Shown here piece by piece: positions 50,009-60,712 of a stretch of 64,000 nucleotides of DNA. The position numbers were made by a program, and so were the translations under genes. Location of the stretch: contig OY970166.1 of the NCBI GenBank assembly GCA_963706595.1, positions 2,464,001 to 2,528,000 of the forward strand, written 5' to 3'. The notes beneath the pieces were generated by a model. It saw nothing but the letters and a program-made list of their open reading frames with translations. It had not been told where the DNA came from and made no database searches. Origin of the DNA: an uncultured cyanobacterium. Lineage in GTDB: Bacteria; Cyanobacteriota; Cyanobacteriia; Cyanobacteriales; Nostocaceae. Position 1 is the first letter of the stretch. Each line of letters starts with the position of its first letter.

Positions 50009-52456
50009 TCAAGTAACTACACATTCAGGAAACTGACGTTTTAAGGCTGGAAAAACGGGACAAGGCGCTTGTTCTTGTAAATTTTCTGGTTTACTCCAGG
50101 TAAAAGGCGCTTGCTGTGATGCAGACATCCACAATAGGCGCTTGGCTCGTGTCATCGCCACGTAGAGTAAACGATATTCTTCAGAGGTTTTCAAATGTTC
50201 TGCCTGTTTCCACGCTTGGGAAACATCAGGTAGATTCGATTCGCCGTGGATTGCAGTCCGAATTTGGGCGCGAGCTACTTCTGATAAAGTAAAGTCGCCT
50301 AAAAACTTGCTTTTGGGAGGAACCCAAAATTTCCCAGGAATTAAATTTTCATGTAGAAAGGGCATAAATACATAGTCCCAATCCAATCCCTTGGCTTTGT
50401 GCATGGTGATAATTGTCAGTTGACCGCGACGGGTATAACGTGCGTCTAAATCATCTGTTTCTACTGGTTCAAACCGTTCAGAAGTGACGATTTCACTTAA
50501 AGCTGACAGCATTGTTTCCATTGAATTGTTCTCAGCTATTTGCTGGTTTACCCGTTCGGCGAGTTTGTCAGCAGTGGCTAATTCGGCTTGGTCGTATTTT
50601 AAAGTTAAAGCCAGAAAGGCAATCAGTTGATATAAAGGCAGTTCCAACCGAGCGCGGAGTAAACTCCGACACAAATGCGCGGCTTTTTTGACTGTATCTG
50701 TCTGGAGTTCTGCTAAAGGACTAGGATACAAAAATTCTTCTGGGAGACTAGCGAGGGCGTTGAGGTCTTGGGTAGGAATTAATTGACGCTGTACCAATAC
50801 TTCTAAAGCAGCTTTGAGGAAGTCAGGAGAATGGGGGCGATCGCAAAATTGCAATAATCCCAACATTTCTTGGGGGATATGAGAACGGCGATCGCTTTCG
50901 CCTACGTCATAAAGTGTAATTTTATGCTCCTTACACATAGGAGCTAACATCTCTGTTAGCCAGCGTCCTTGACGATTTTCTCGCACTAAAATTGCCCCAC
51001 TTATTTCTTTGGGATTTTGAGTAAACAACTCAACCATTCTTTGGGACAATAATTCAACAGTGTGATAAATATCACGGGGTGTATAAAGTTCTAGTCCTCG
51101 TCCCACTGGTGCTGGGTTAGGATTTGTTTGAGGATCGCCAGTATCAACGGGGCGGATGTTTTGATCACGAAAGGGCGATGAAGGCGATTGCTGATTTTTG
51201 TCTTGATAAAGGCTGTTTACCCATTCTAGGGCGAAGTTGGCGGCAGCGATGATAATTCTGGTACTGCGTCCAGCTTGATCCATTGTGGCTAATTTGCCCA
51301 GGCGATCGCACACTCCGCAAAACTCCCGAAAATAAATCGGATCAGCTGGTGTAAAAGTCGAGTTAATCGCTTGGTTAGGATCACCAACTCGCACTAGGTT
51401 GAGTGGGGAATGGGGAGTTACTTCGACTGCGCTCAGTAACCGGGGGAGTAGGGAGTGGGAAAAAGAGGGAGAAGATTCGAGTAAAAGCCCAATTTCTTGT
51501 TCCCCCCTGCTCCCTGCCCCCTGCCCCCCTGCTTCTTGCCCCTGGTTACTTGCTAAAATCTCTAACAGCTTTGTCTGCAAGGGGCTGGAATCTTGGGCTT
51601 CGTCTTCAAATACCGCAAAAACTTGATTTTGCTCGATGCGACGGGCGCTGTCATTTTCCAGGACGCGCAGAGAGGCTGAAATCATATCGTCGTAGTCGAT
51701 AAAATCACGCGATCGCATTAAGTTTTGATATTGTTCATACAATCCCGCCGCTACCCGCAAAATTCCATACTCATCTGTAGTTTGTTGACTCCATTCCCGC
51801 AGTTTTTCTGGCAATATTCCCGAACTTTTAGCTTCATGAATGACTGTACTCGCCAAATCTGGTAAAACTTCTGTTCGTAACACTGACTGACGACGTAATC
51901 TTTCTGTCTCTTCACCGTCAAATTGATGACCTTCTAGCAACCGAGAATAAACTTCCAGATTGTGATTAATCCATTGTTCTACGGCTGTGCGAATAAAACG
52001 GTGGCTTTGGTTGGGTGTAATTAATGTGACATTTTCTAATTCTAAACCCGATAAATTAGGGTGACGGCTGGCAATATTTAAGGCTAAACCATGCAGGGTA
52101 TAGACAGCAAAGCCTGTTGGCGGTAAAGATAAATCTTTTAAATATCCGCGAATTTTTAATTTAATATTGGCAGCTGCTGAACGGGTAAAAGTAACAACTA
52201 CAATCTGACGACGGGAAGAAGGGCGTGATTCAGCAGATGTTTGGTATTGACGGGCGATCGCGATCGCTACTGCTGCGGCCATCCCAGTGGATTTACCAGC
52301 CCCAGGAACGGCAGAAATAGCCAGTGGACCGAATTGCCAATCTGCCATTTGCTGTTGTCCTGGGCGTAGACTATTGCGGATTGTCAAAATCTTCTCTTGT
52401 AATAGTGACTGGAGAGATTCGTGAGGGACAGTAGCTGTCAAATGAGCGTCTGACAT
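50009..52456 (-). CDS. UvrD/REP superfamily I helicase
   Basis: AVPGAGKS, VTFT, EDEAQD, VGDPNQAI, TMHKAKGLDWD and RLLYVAMTRAK motifs. Confidence 0.92.
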   Translation of the reverse strand: MSDAHLTATVPHESLQSLLQEKILTIRNSLRPGQQQMADWQFGPLAISAVPGAGKSTGMAAAVAIAIARQYQTSAESRPSSRRQIVVVTFTRSAAANIKLKIRGYLKDLSLPPTGFAVYTLHGLALNIASRHPNLSGLELENVTLITPNQSHRFIRTAVEQWINHNLEVYSRLLEGHQFDGEETERLRRQSVLRTEVLPDLASTVIHEAKSSGILPEKLREWSQQTTDEYGILRVAAGLYEQYQNLMRSRDFIDYDDMISASLRVLENDSARRIEQNQVFAVFEDEAQDSSPLQTKLLEILASNQGQEAGGQGAGSRGEQEIGLLLESSPSFSHSLLPRLLSAVEVTPHSPLNLVRVGDPNQAINSTFTPADPIYFREFCGVCDRLGKLATMDQAGRSTRIIIAAANFALEWVNSLYQDKNQQSPSSPFRDQNIRPVDTGDPQTNPNPAPVGRGLELYTPRDIYHTVELLSQRMVELFTQNPKEISGAILVRENRQGRWLTEMLAPMCKEHKITLYDVGESDRRSHIPQEMLGLLQFCDRPHSPDFLKAALEVLVQRQLIPTQDLNALASLPEEFLYPSPLAELQTDTVKKAAHLCRSLLRARLELPLYQLIAFLALTLKYDQAELATADKLAERVNQQIAENNSMETMLSALSEIVTSERFEPVETDDLDARYTRRGQLTIITMHKAKGLDWDYVFMPFLHENLIPGKFWVPPKSKFLGDFTLSEVARAQIRTAIHGESNLPDVSQAWKQAEHLKTSEEYRLLYVAMTRAKRLLWMSASQQAPFTWSKPENLQEQAPCPVFPALKRQFPECVVT

Positions 52457-52593
52457 AAAGTTTTAGATTTTAAATGAATTTGACATGATCAAATCGCAAG
52501 TTGAGCATCTTTCTGGGAAATAAAGATATAGCAACCGCCAAGGTGGTTAAGACATAAACGAATAATCAAACTTAGACACCATTCGGGTTTTAA

Positions 52594-52631
52594 CCCACTC
52601 CCCACTCCCCACTCCCTACTCCCTACTCCCC
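52594..52631. repeat. (C/T)ACTCCC heptamer tandem repeats; also at 54378-54427
   Basis: CCACTCC/CTACTCC units flank the GT39 gene on both sides. Confidence 0.85.
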
Positions 52632-52689
52632 AGCTATATCAACAATCATCGATTTACCTGTGGAGATAAATTTTCACTATGAATAAATA

Positions 52690-54357
52690 ATGACAAATCG
52701 CAAACTATATCTACATTATCTAGGTTTAGCTGGTGTGATTGCACTTGGTGCTGTCTTGCGCTTTTGGCATTTAGACTTAAAACCTCTGTGGATGGATGAG
52801 GTAATTACTGCTATTTTCAGTTTGGGGAAAAATTACGATGATTTGCCCTTAGATGTCTTATTTCCTCTGCAACGCGTCCCAGAAATTTTTACTTACCAGT
52901 CTGGGGTTAGTTGTGATCAAATTGCCGAAAATCTAGCTAATCAGTCTACCCATCCGCCGTTGTTTTTTTGTGTCATGTACCGTTGGTTGGGGTGGATGAT
53001 TCCCTTGGGTTCAGAGTGGGTGGTAAAGTTGCGATCGCTATCGGCTTTATTTGGTGTAGGTGCGATCGCCGCAATTTATGCTGTCAACCGCATTGCTTTT
53101 ACCGGTGCATCAGGAATCATTGCCGCATTAATGATGGCTATTTCTCCCTTTGCTGTTTACCTTTCCCAAGAAGCACGCCACTACACTATGCCTATGTTCC
53201 TGATAAGTTTAGCCTTATTGGGACTAATGCAAATTCAGCAGGATATTTTTGAGCAGCAACGCCTGAGACTTTGGGTGGTGATTTTATGGTCAAATGTTAA
53301 TATTATTGGTCTTTATATTCATTACTTTTTTATTTTGGCTTTCATTGCCGAAATTATTACATTACTATTCTTGATATCTTGGGGTAAGACTCAGATACTG
53401 AACAAACGCCAAATTTGCCTAATTTTAATTATATCAGCGACTGGAGTTGTCATTAGTTTCCTTCCCTGGATGCGGGTAATATTAAATCATTTTCAAAGTG
53501 CTGAAACTAACTGGTTACCTGCCACCATACACATTGCACCACTATATCAAACTTTAATTAATTGGATGTTAATGGTGATTGCGCTACCTGTGGAAAACCA
53601 GCCTCTGCTAATTAAAATTAGCTCTGGCTTTTTTATGATAACTTTTGCCTTATGGTTAGGGTGCCAGGTATACAAAGGTTTAAAACTGCTGTTATTAGAT
53701 AATACAAGTTATTTAGCGACATTAACACTTTTAAGTTTTACTATGATTGTGCTAATCCAATTTTTGGGAATAGCCTATTTATCAGGTAAAGATATAACTA
53801 TTATTCCGCGCTATAGCTTTGTTTATTATCCCAGTTTTTGCGCTTTGTTAGCAGCTAGTATTAGCAAAATTCACCAGCAAAAATTCATCATTTTGTTTGT
53901 TGGTATTCTTAGCTGTGTTTTTGTAGTTTCTAACTTAGTGTTTCAAAAGCCTTTCCAGCCTGAACAAGTTGCTCAAAACATGAATTTAGATCCCTCTGTC
54001 CCGATCATGCTGGTGGTAGGATACAACAATTATCAGGATGTGGCTTTGGGATTAAGTTTTTCTTTAGCCTTAGAAAAGGTTAGAAGTAACACAAATACTG
54101 CTGTTCGAGTTAGTTTCAATAACTCCGATAGTATTGCTTTTTTGCAAAGATATCGGAATTCACCTGCTTTCTGGAATCAGCTTGATGAAATGCCAATAAC
54201 AGCTACATCTCCGATGAATTTATGGATAGTTAGCCCCGGAATGAGAAAACAGGATTATCCCCAGCAGGTGGCGCTGTCTGGGGATGACGTTTGTACTATA
54301 GACACGACACAACACTATCGCATAGGTGTTCCCTATCAGCTTTATCGGTGCCAATAA
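52690..54357 (+). CDS. GT-C (GT39/ArnT-like) integral membrane glycosyltransferase
   Basis: LRFWHLDLKPLWMDE, HPPLFF and SQEARHY motifs with many TM helices. Confidence 0.82.
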   Translation: MTNRKLYLHYLGLAGVIALGAVLRFWHLDLKPLWMDEVITAIFSLGKNYDDLPLDVLFPLQRVPEIFTYQSGVSCDQIAENLANQSTHPPLFFCVMYRWLGWMIPLGSEWVVKLRSLSALFGVGAIAAIYAVNRIAFTGASGIIAALMMAISPFAVYLSQEARHYTMPMFLISLALLGLMQIQQDIFEQQRLRLWVVILWSNVNIIGLYIHYFFILAFIAEIITLLFLISWGKTQILNKRQICLILIISATGVVISFLPWMRVILNHFQSAETNWLPATIHIAPLYQTLINWMLMVIALPVENQPLLIKISSGFFMITFALWLGCQVYKGLKLLLLDNTSYLATLTLLSFTMIVLIQFLGIAYLSGKDITIIPRYSFVYYPSFCALLAASISKIHQQKFIILFVGILSCVFVVSNLVFQKPFQPEQVAQNMNLDPSVPIMLVVGYNNYQDVALGLSFSLALEKVRSNTNTAVRVSFNNSDSIAFLQRYRNSPAFWNQLDEMPITATSPMNLWIVSPGMRKQDYPQQVALSGDDVCTIDTTQHYRIGVPYQLYRCQ

Positions 54358-54432
54358 AGATTAGCCTTTAGTTTTTTGACTCCCACTCCCCACTCCCTAC
54401 TCCCCATTCCCTACTCCCCACTCCCCAATCAT

Positions 54433-55521
54433 TTATTCGTCAATTTGCCAGGAATCTTTGCTGATCACATCATCGAAGATTTTCTTAGGACGCACAATTA
54501 CAATCAGTCGCCCCAGCAGAGGAATTTCTGGCTCGGTTTCAAACCACTGAAAGTCTAATTCACCGTTGTGTTCCACAACGAAGTAGCTGGAGTCATCCCA
54601 TTGTCGCCCAGCGCGATCTATAGCAACCAGCACTGGTTGTGGCAGGTTTTTCTCTTGATTGGGGAGGCGATCGCTACTACAGAAAATCGCTACGGGGTCT
54701 TCTGCACTCAATAACACTTGCCAACCTGGTAAAGGTACCCAAGCTTGTTCACCCGCAAATTTGACTAAACCAAATGGCTCGATGGTTTCTACCACAGGCA
54801 CACTTTGCAAGTCTTGTGGTGTTAATGGGAACTCGCCTACTACTGGCACAATCCGAGGTAGTTCTTCTTCGGACTCAAATCGATAAAAAGGTAGAATCGG
54901 TGCTGAACGCTGGGAAACTACAGTAAAATCAACGAGTAATTGTTCGATTTGCTTCCTAGCTGTGGGGGTATGAGCAAAACGTAAACCTTTGGCAATGAAG
55001 CGCGATCGCTCTTGCAAGTCTGTATATTGTCGTGCTAGTTTCCAAGCTTGATAAGCAACTGCATCCCCTGGATGGGCAGTAAAACCTTCTGGTAAAAGTG
55101 GAAAGCGAGAGAAATCTTTAATTGCTTTTGCTACTTCCCGCGCTTCCTCAAGATCGAGTTTGTGGATAAACGTCAGTTCAGCCGCCGCAGCTCGTTCTTG
55201 GTGGGTAAGCAACCTTAGTTCATATAAAACATCGCTACCCCGTGTAGTGTAGTGCGCTTGTGTGGCTTCCGAAGCACCACCTTCTGCTAAAGAATTATAA
55301 ACCTGGGAGCCAACAATTACCTGATTTTGTTGAATTGGTTCAAATCCAGTTTCCTCAAAAATTTGTTGAGGATTGTGACCGGCTTTTAGCAAAGAGGCGA
55401 TCGCTACGCCCCACTCTACCCAGTTACCTTGTTTTTGCCTCAACTTTCGTAGTAATTCTTTTACTACATCGTCATTAACAGCATTTTCAGGATTTTGAGC
55501 ATTGGAAGGTACATTAGTCAT
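54433..55521 (-). CDS. raf1: RuBisCO accumulation factor 1
   Basis: LRQKQGNWVEWG, IFEETGFEPIQQNQVIVGSQVY, WVPLPGWQ and C-terminal WQIDE. Confidence 0.92.
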   Translation of the reverse strand: MTNVPSNAQNPENAVNDDVVKELLRKLRQKQGNWVEWGVAIASLLKAGHNPQQIFEETGFEPIQQNQVIVGSQVYNSLAEGGASEATQAHYTTRGSDVLYELRLLTHQERAAAAELTFIHKLDLEEAREVAKAIKDFSRFPLLPEGFTAHPGDAVAYQAWKLARQYTDLQERSRFIAKGLRFAHTPTARKQIEQLLVDFTVVSQRSAPILPFYRFESEEELPRIVPVVGEFPLTPQDLQSVPVVETIEPFGLVKFAGEQAWVPLPGWQVLLSAEDPVAIFCSSDRLPNQEKNLPQPVLVAIDRAGRQWDDSSYFVVEHNGELDFQWFETEPEIPLLGRLIVIVRPKKIFDDVISKDSWQIDE

Positions 55522-55760
55522 AATTCACAGCACGGAAGCTTCAACTTGAGAGGGTGATTGATTTCTCTTGGTGGAAATCCTATTGTAATCTTTAATAGTT
55601 GTACACGAGAGGAATCATCTGTAGACAGAGGCGATAAATCGTCGTCTCTACAATTCTCGCTAGCGGGGAAAGGGTAGAAAGTCAGATATTTTTCAGTTAG
55701 ATAAATTCACGCAAGGCTTAAACGCTATTTTGAATTAATCTGGGTACAGAATATAACATA

Positions 55761-56736
55761 ATGGCTAATACTGATAGTAATTATCTCATGGATAATCTCA
55801 TTGCTGAAACTCCTACAAGTCACCGTCAATTATCAACTTTGGAAAGACCGACAAAACTCAAAATCCTTGTAGTTGATGATGAGCCAGATAATCTCGATTT
55901 GCTTTATCGCACCTTTCGGCGCGATTTTAATGTCCTCAAGGCTGATAGTGGTGTCAATGCTCTCAAAGTATTGGCAGCAGAAGGGGAAGTAGCGGTGATC
56001 ATCTCCGATCAACGGATGCCAGAAATGAAAGGCACTGAGTTTCTCAGCAAGACTTTGCCTCAGTTTCCAGATACGGTGAGGATAATCCTCACAGGATTTA
56101 CTGATATCGAAGATTTGGTCGAAGCGATTAACTCAGGGCAGGTCTACAAATATATTACCAAGCCTTGGGACCCAGGGGAACTGAAGGCGTTGGTACAAAG
56201 AGCAGCAGAAACTTACGGCTTACTCAAGCAACGCACAGAAGAATTACGCCGTGCGAATTGCCAAATGGCATTACTAACTGTTTTAGTACAGGTCAGCCAA
56301 GCATCTGATAGTTTAGAGGAAGTTTTCACCCCAATTGCTCAGGCGTTTAGTGAAACTTTCAACGCGGATAGTTGTGCTTTGCAGCTAGTTCAGGACAATC
56401 AAGCTCGTAGCAACTCAAGGTTTCTACTGTCGTGTGGGTAATCTAGAAAACTGGCTAGGACAAGATCCACTGACATCTGAAGCGATCGCCACAGGACAAA
56501 TGCAAGTTGCTTTCGATGTGGCTAAAGATACTAAACTGGCTGATGTACCTTACTACCAAGACACTGGTGTGCAAGCGCATTTAGTCATTCCTATTACCTA
56601 CCGCAATGATATGTTAGGAATTCTGTCACTTCAGTGGCAACAACCTGGCTGTTTGCGAGAAGATGAATTAAACCTCATTCGTTTATCAGCAGAACTTGTA
56701 GCAATCACACTTACTAGTACAGCATGGCGTAAATAG
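55761..56736 (+). CDS. Response regulator (REC + GAF), split by a 1-nt insertion near 56400
   Basis: LVVDDE, ISDQRMP and YITKPW motifs. Removing one base gives KLVATQGFYCRVGNLENW and joins the 56434 GAF ORF. Confidence 0.85.
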
Positions 56737-56976
56737 GGATACCATTTCAAACAGTTCAAAATCCCAAAATAAAAGATTTTTGACTTTTGTTTTTTGACCG
56801 TACCAATTTGAGATTTTGGATTTTAGATTTTGGATGATTTTTTGGGTTCCAGCCGCTATGCCTGCTCATCAATCTCAAATACTCGCAGCGCTGCGTCAGC
56901 AACGAAGATCGCAAATCTAAAATCTAAAATTGTTTGAGATTAAATTAGATATATTTTTACTCAGAAGTTTTAACCA

Positions 56977-57666
56977 ATGAATCCAGAAATTCGCGATATT
57001 TTTGACCGGATTGCTCCAGTTTATGACGAATTGAACAATTGGTTGAGTTTGGGACAGCATCGTATATGGAAGGAAATGACAGTCAAATGGAGTGCAGCTA
57101 AACCAGGAGATATTTGCCTGGATTTATGTTGTGGGAGTGGTGATTTAGCCTTTCGTTTGGACAGATATGTGGGAACTATGGGACAGGTTTATGGTGTGGA
57201 TTTCTCGCCCAACCTCCTAGCTGCTGCTCAAGAACGCTCCCAAAGCCAGTACCCCCAATCTACTATTTCTTGGATAGAAGCCGATGCACTAAATTTGCCC
57301 TTCGATGATCAATACTTCGATGCCGCCACAATGGGTTATGGGTTAAGAAATGTTACAGATATTTCCCGCAGTCTGGAAGAATTACACCGCGTTCTCAAAC
57401 CGAGCGCTAAAGCAGCAATTTTAGATTTTCATCGTCCCAGAAATCAGCAGCTGCGAGCTTTTCAGCAATGGTATTTGAATAGTATAGTTGTACCAATTGC
57501 CCAACATCTGGGTTTAAAAGAAGAATATGCTTATATCAGTCCCAGCTTAGATCGTTTCCCCACTGGACAAGAGCAAGTAGAGTTAGCCCGTCAAGTTGGT
57601 TTTACATTGGTTACACACTACCCCATCGCTAACGATATGATGGGAGTGCTGGTAGTCAGTAAATGA
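56977..57666 (+). CDS. menG: Demethylphylloquinone/demethylmenaquinone methyltransferase
   Basis: IFDRIAPVYD, LDLCCGSGD, GYGLRNV and AYISPSLDRFP motifs (UbiE/MenG family). Confidence 0.88.
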   Translation: MNPEIRDIFDRIAPVYDELNNWLSLGQHRIWKEMTVKWSAAKPGDICLDLCCGSGDLAFRLDRYVGTMGQVYGVDFSPNLLAAAQERSQSQYPQSTISWIEADALNLPFDDQYFDAATMGYGLRNVTDISRSLEELHRVLKPSAKAAILDFHRPRNQQLRAFQQWYLNSIVVPIAQHLGLKEEYAYISPSLDRFPTGQEQVELARQVGFTLVTHYPIANDMMGVLVVSK

Positions 57667-57738
57667 GTCATGAGTTAAGAGTTTTGCATTAAACTCATCA
57701 CTGATCGCTCATCAATCCTAATTCTCTTAATTTTTACT

Positions 57739-58974
57739 TTGGATTGGTCTCACATTTGGTTTTATTTATTACCCCCGGTACTGGGTGGCATTATTGGCTA
57801 TTTCACCAACGATATAGCCATCAAAATGTTATTTCGCCCCTACAAAGCAATTTATCTAGCTGGGCGAAGAGTACCATTTACTCCTGGATTGATTCCCCGC
57901 AACCAGGAGCGTCTGGCTAAGAACATTTCTAATACAATTATGGGGTCGTTGCTGACTCCTGGAGAATTGCAAAATCTGGCGCGACGTTTGTTACAGACAG
58001 AACGCGTACAGTCGGCAATTTTGTGGTTATTGCAATTAGCAATTGAACAAATTAAGGTTGACAAAAACGAGAAAAGCGCCAAAATTGTGGCGGGAATTTT
58101 GCGTGATTTGTTAGGAGAATCATTACCTCGTTTGCTCAAAGTTTTGGCAAGACGAGAAGATTTTTTAGAGGCGCAAATTAATCAAATTTTTGACCAGGTA
58201 TTGCTGGAATTACAACTGAGTGAAGAACAATCTACAAGGTTAGCCGATTGGTTAATACAGGTAGTTTTACCCCCAGATGTATTGCGGCAAGTAATTATTG
58301 ATTTTTTGACTGATCGCACTATTCAAACTATTGATGAAAGTTTTCGCGAAAAGACGAGTGGTACTTATTGGGTAGTAGCAAATTTATTTGGTTTACGTAA
58401 TACTCTGACAAGACTGAGAACTTTTTGCTTAGATGAAAAAGATGCTAGCAATGCTCGTTTAGAGGAATTGATTCAGGTTTTGCAAATGCGCGATCGCCTG
58501 AAAAGAGTTCTGCTAGATTTATCATTACAAAATTTGCCCATTGGGACAGTACGCCAACTGCGAAAGACTACACGCGAAAGTGTGCGTCATTATATCCAGT
58601 CCAGTGGTAGCGATTTACTCCAAGGATTAACTGATTCTGTTAACTGGGAAAATATCGCCACATTATTACTTAATCGTCTGAGTGCTTCACCTGTTCTGAG
58701 TTCTTCCTTAGAAGTTGTCAGTCAAGAGTTGGCTAAAATTTTAGAGAGATATTTAGAAAAAGATTTAGAACAAATTGTCGCCCAGGTAATTCCCATATTA
58801 TCGATAGATCAAGTGATTGTTGACCGGGTAAAATCAACTTCACCTGCTGATTTGGAAGCGGCAATTGAGGGAATTGTCAAGAATGAATTGCAGGCAATTG
58901 TAACTTTAGGTGGTGTGTTGGGTTTTATTATTGGGTTATTGCAAGTAGGATTTTTATTATTTACGCAAGCTTAG
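57739..58974 (+). CDS. DUF445 family membrane protein
   Basis: [19 protein letters not shown]...GLIPR and C-terminal [17 protein letters not shown]. Confidence 0.88.
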   Translation: MDWSHIWFYLLPPVLGGIIGYFTNDIAIKMLFRPYKAIYLAGRRVPFTPGLIPRNQERLAKNISNTIMGSLLTPGELQNLARRLLQTERVQSAILWLLQLAIEQIKVDKNEKSAKIVAGILRDLLGESLPRLLKVLARREDFLEAQINQIFDQVLLELQLSEEQSTRLADWLIQVVLPPDVLRQVIIDFLTDRTIQTIDESFREKTSGTYWVVANLFGLRNTLTRLRTFCLDEKDASNARLEELIQVLQMRDRLKRVLLDLSLQNLPIGTVRQLRKTTRESVRHYIQSSGSDLLQGLTDSVNWENIATLLLNRLSASPVLSSSLEVVSQELAKILERYLEKDLEQIVAQVIPILSIDQVIVDRVKSTSPADLEAAIEGIVKNELQAIVTLGGVLGFIIGLLQVGFLLFTQA

Positions 58975-59002
58975 TTTTTATGATTATTTTAGCAGCGATC
59001 GC

Positions 59003-59578
59003 CTAGTTTAAAATTTGTTCTAAATCCAGCACAAAACCAGAAAGCACATCCTCTCCAGACAAACTGCTGGGAGCTTGTAAAACCTCGACTGCTTGTCCTG
59101 GGCGGTAAATTTCCACCCGTTGGTTCTGAGGGTCAATTAGCCAACCCAGGCGCACGCCATTGTCAATGTACTCCTGCATTTTGTGTTGTAAAGTTTGCAA
59201 GCTGTCTGAAGCAGACCGTAATTCTACGGCAAAATCAGGAGCCATTGGTAAGAATCTCGCAGGATTTGGATTTAGGGATTCTAATCGTTCCCGACTCACC
59301 CAGGATGCATCAGGAGAACGGTTTGCACCATTGGGAAGTTTGTAACCTGTTGAGGAGTCAAAAGCTAAACCTGTACCATCAGCATCAGCCCAATTACCTA
59401 AACGTTGTGTCAGTCTACTATTACGATTTCCGCTTTTCCATCCCGTGGGGGGCATAAGAATCAGTTCTCCCTCTGCTGTGCGCTCAATTCGCAAATCTCG
59501 ATTATTCTGACACAGTTGGAAGAACTGCTCATCTGTTAAATCAATGGCGGGGCTGAGGTTAAGAATTAGGGCAGTCAT
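59003..59578 (-). CDS. Uma2-family putative endonuclease
   Basis: IERTAEGELILMPP, RSPDASW, PDFAVELRS and KMQEYIDNGVRLGWLIDP motifs. Confidence 0.92.
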   Translation of the reverse strand: MTALILNLSPAIDLTDEQFFQLCQNNRDLRIERTAEGELILMPPTGWKSGNRNSRLTQRLGNWADADGTGLAFDSSTGYKLPNGANRSPDASWVSRERLESLNPNPARFLPMAPDFAVELRSASDSLQTLQHKMQEYIDNGVRLGWLIDPQNQRVEIYRPGQAVEVLQAPSSLSGEDVLSGFVLDLEQILN

Positions 59579-59614
59579 AATTGCCTATTAATCTTGATAA
59601 ATGTAGCCTAGCAT

Positions 59615-60568
59615 TTACCAGTCACGGTAGAGCTTTTCGGCATAAAACATAATCTCTTCATTTGGTAGTCTAATTTTTGGTTTTTGTCGGGGGTAAAGAC
59701 TTTCAATAGCACTGGTATCTTGTTCAACAACTGTAGAAACTGCTCGTAAGAATGAATTTTTTAGCAGTAACTTTGACAAAGGATTTATTCCCTGAGCATA
59801 TACCAACACAAATGTTTTGGTGATTGTTTCTGTTTCCGGGTAAAGAATATGAACTTGAGCAATATTACTAATAGGTGTTTTAGCTAAGAAAACTGTAGTC
59901 GAAGGAAATGCGTATTCCAGTATATTATTTAATGCCTTGGGGAAGATTGCCAGAACTGGGTTTTTAATAATTTCTCCAAGGGTGTTGTTAGCTCTGCTAA
60001 TTTCTTGCTCTACTTTAGCGTAGTAACCATTTTCCTCGAAAGAACTAACATTACAGGATGTGATTTTAAATAATTGTTTATGAGTGCCATTCTGATGGTT
60101 ATAGTCATAGTTCACCATCAAGCTACTCAAAAAGTCTCCCTGAATATTTGTTTCTCCAGCCACTCCCATAAATTCGTATGTATCGGCAATTTTTTGATGT
60201 AAATCTGGAATAGGTAATCTTGGTTCCAGTCCTGCATAAGTCCAGATACAATCATTGCTCAGAATTAGCTCTAACGGCTTGGCAATTGGCTGAGTGTCTT
60301 TTTTGTCTCTTTGAGATAGTTTGCCTTTATGATCAAATTCTAAAGCATGAAACGGACAAGTGATAGTATTTCTTTCTTCACAAATCCAGCCATCTGATAA
60401 AGGTGCTTGCATGTGTGGGCAAATATTTTCTAGGGCATATACTTCACCTTTTCGGTTTTGCCAAAGAACATAATCATTACTATTTAAAGTAATTTTATGC
60501 GGTTGATTTATTCCCAACATTGATTTATGGGCAATCAACCAAGGTGCGCCCGGTAAAATTGGTTTCAT
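59615..60568 (-). CDS. Rieske non-heme iron oxygenase
   Basis: Rieske ligands CPH...CPFH, mononuclear-iron motif NYDYNH...H and a distal QD. Confidence 0.85.
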   Translation of the reverse strand: MKPILPGAPWLIAHKSMLGINQPHKITLNSNDYVLWQNRKGEVYALENICPHMQAPLSDGWICEERNTITCPFHALEFDHKGKLSQRDKKDTQPIAKPLELILSNDCIWTYAGLEPRLPIPDLHQKIADTYEFMGVAGETNIQGDFLSSLMVNYDYNHQNGTHKQLFKITSCNVSSFEENGYYAKVEQEISRANNTLGEIIKNPVLAIFPKALNNILEYAFPSTTVFLAKTPISNIAQVHILYPETETITKTFVLVYAQGINPLSKLLLKNSFLRAVSTVVEQDTSAIESLYPRQKPKIRLPNEEIMFYAEKLYRDW

Positions 60569-60605
60569 TAAACCTCACAAATCATTACAAATATGTTGCG
60601 ATTTA

Positions 60606-60682
60606 CTAACTAATTTTTTAGTTAGCAATTAATTTAATACATTTCCTGACTTCTGTCAATTATTAACCAAATTTTTAGTTAA
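60606..60682. promoter_or_regulatory. Two palindromic operators between divergent Rieske and TetR genes
   Basis: CTAACTAA-N4-TTAGTTAG at 60606-60625 and TTAACCAA-N4-TTAGTTAA at 60663-60682. Confidence 0.75.
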
Positions 60683-60712
60683 GATATCAGTCGTGAGTAT
60701 GATGGTAAGCAC

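Noticed and set aside
56395..56441. Separate REC and GAF genes
   Set aside because: One base removal fuses them and there is no slippery site, so this is probably an error.
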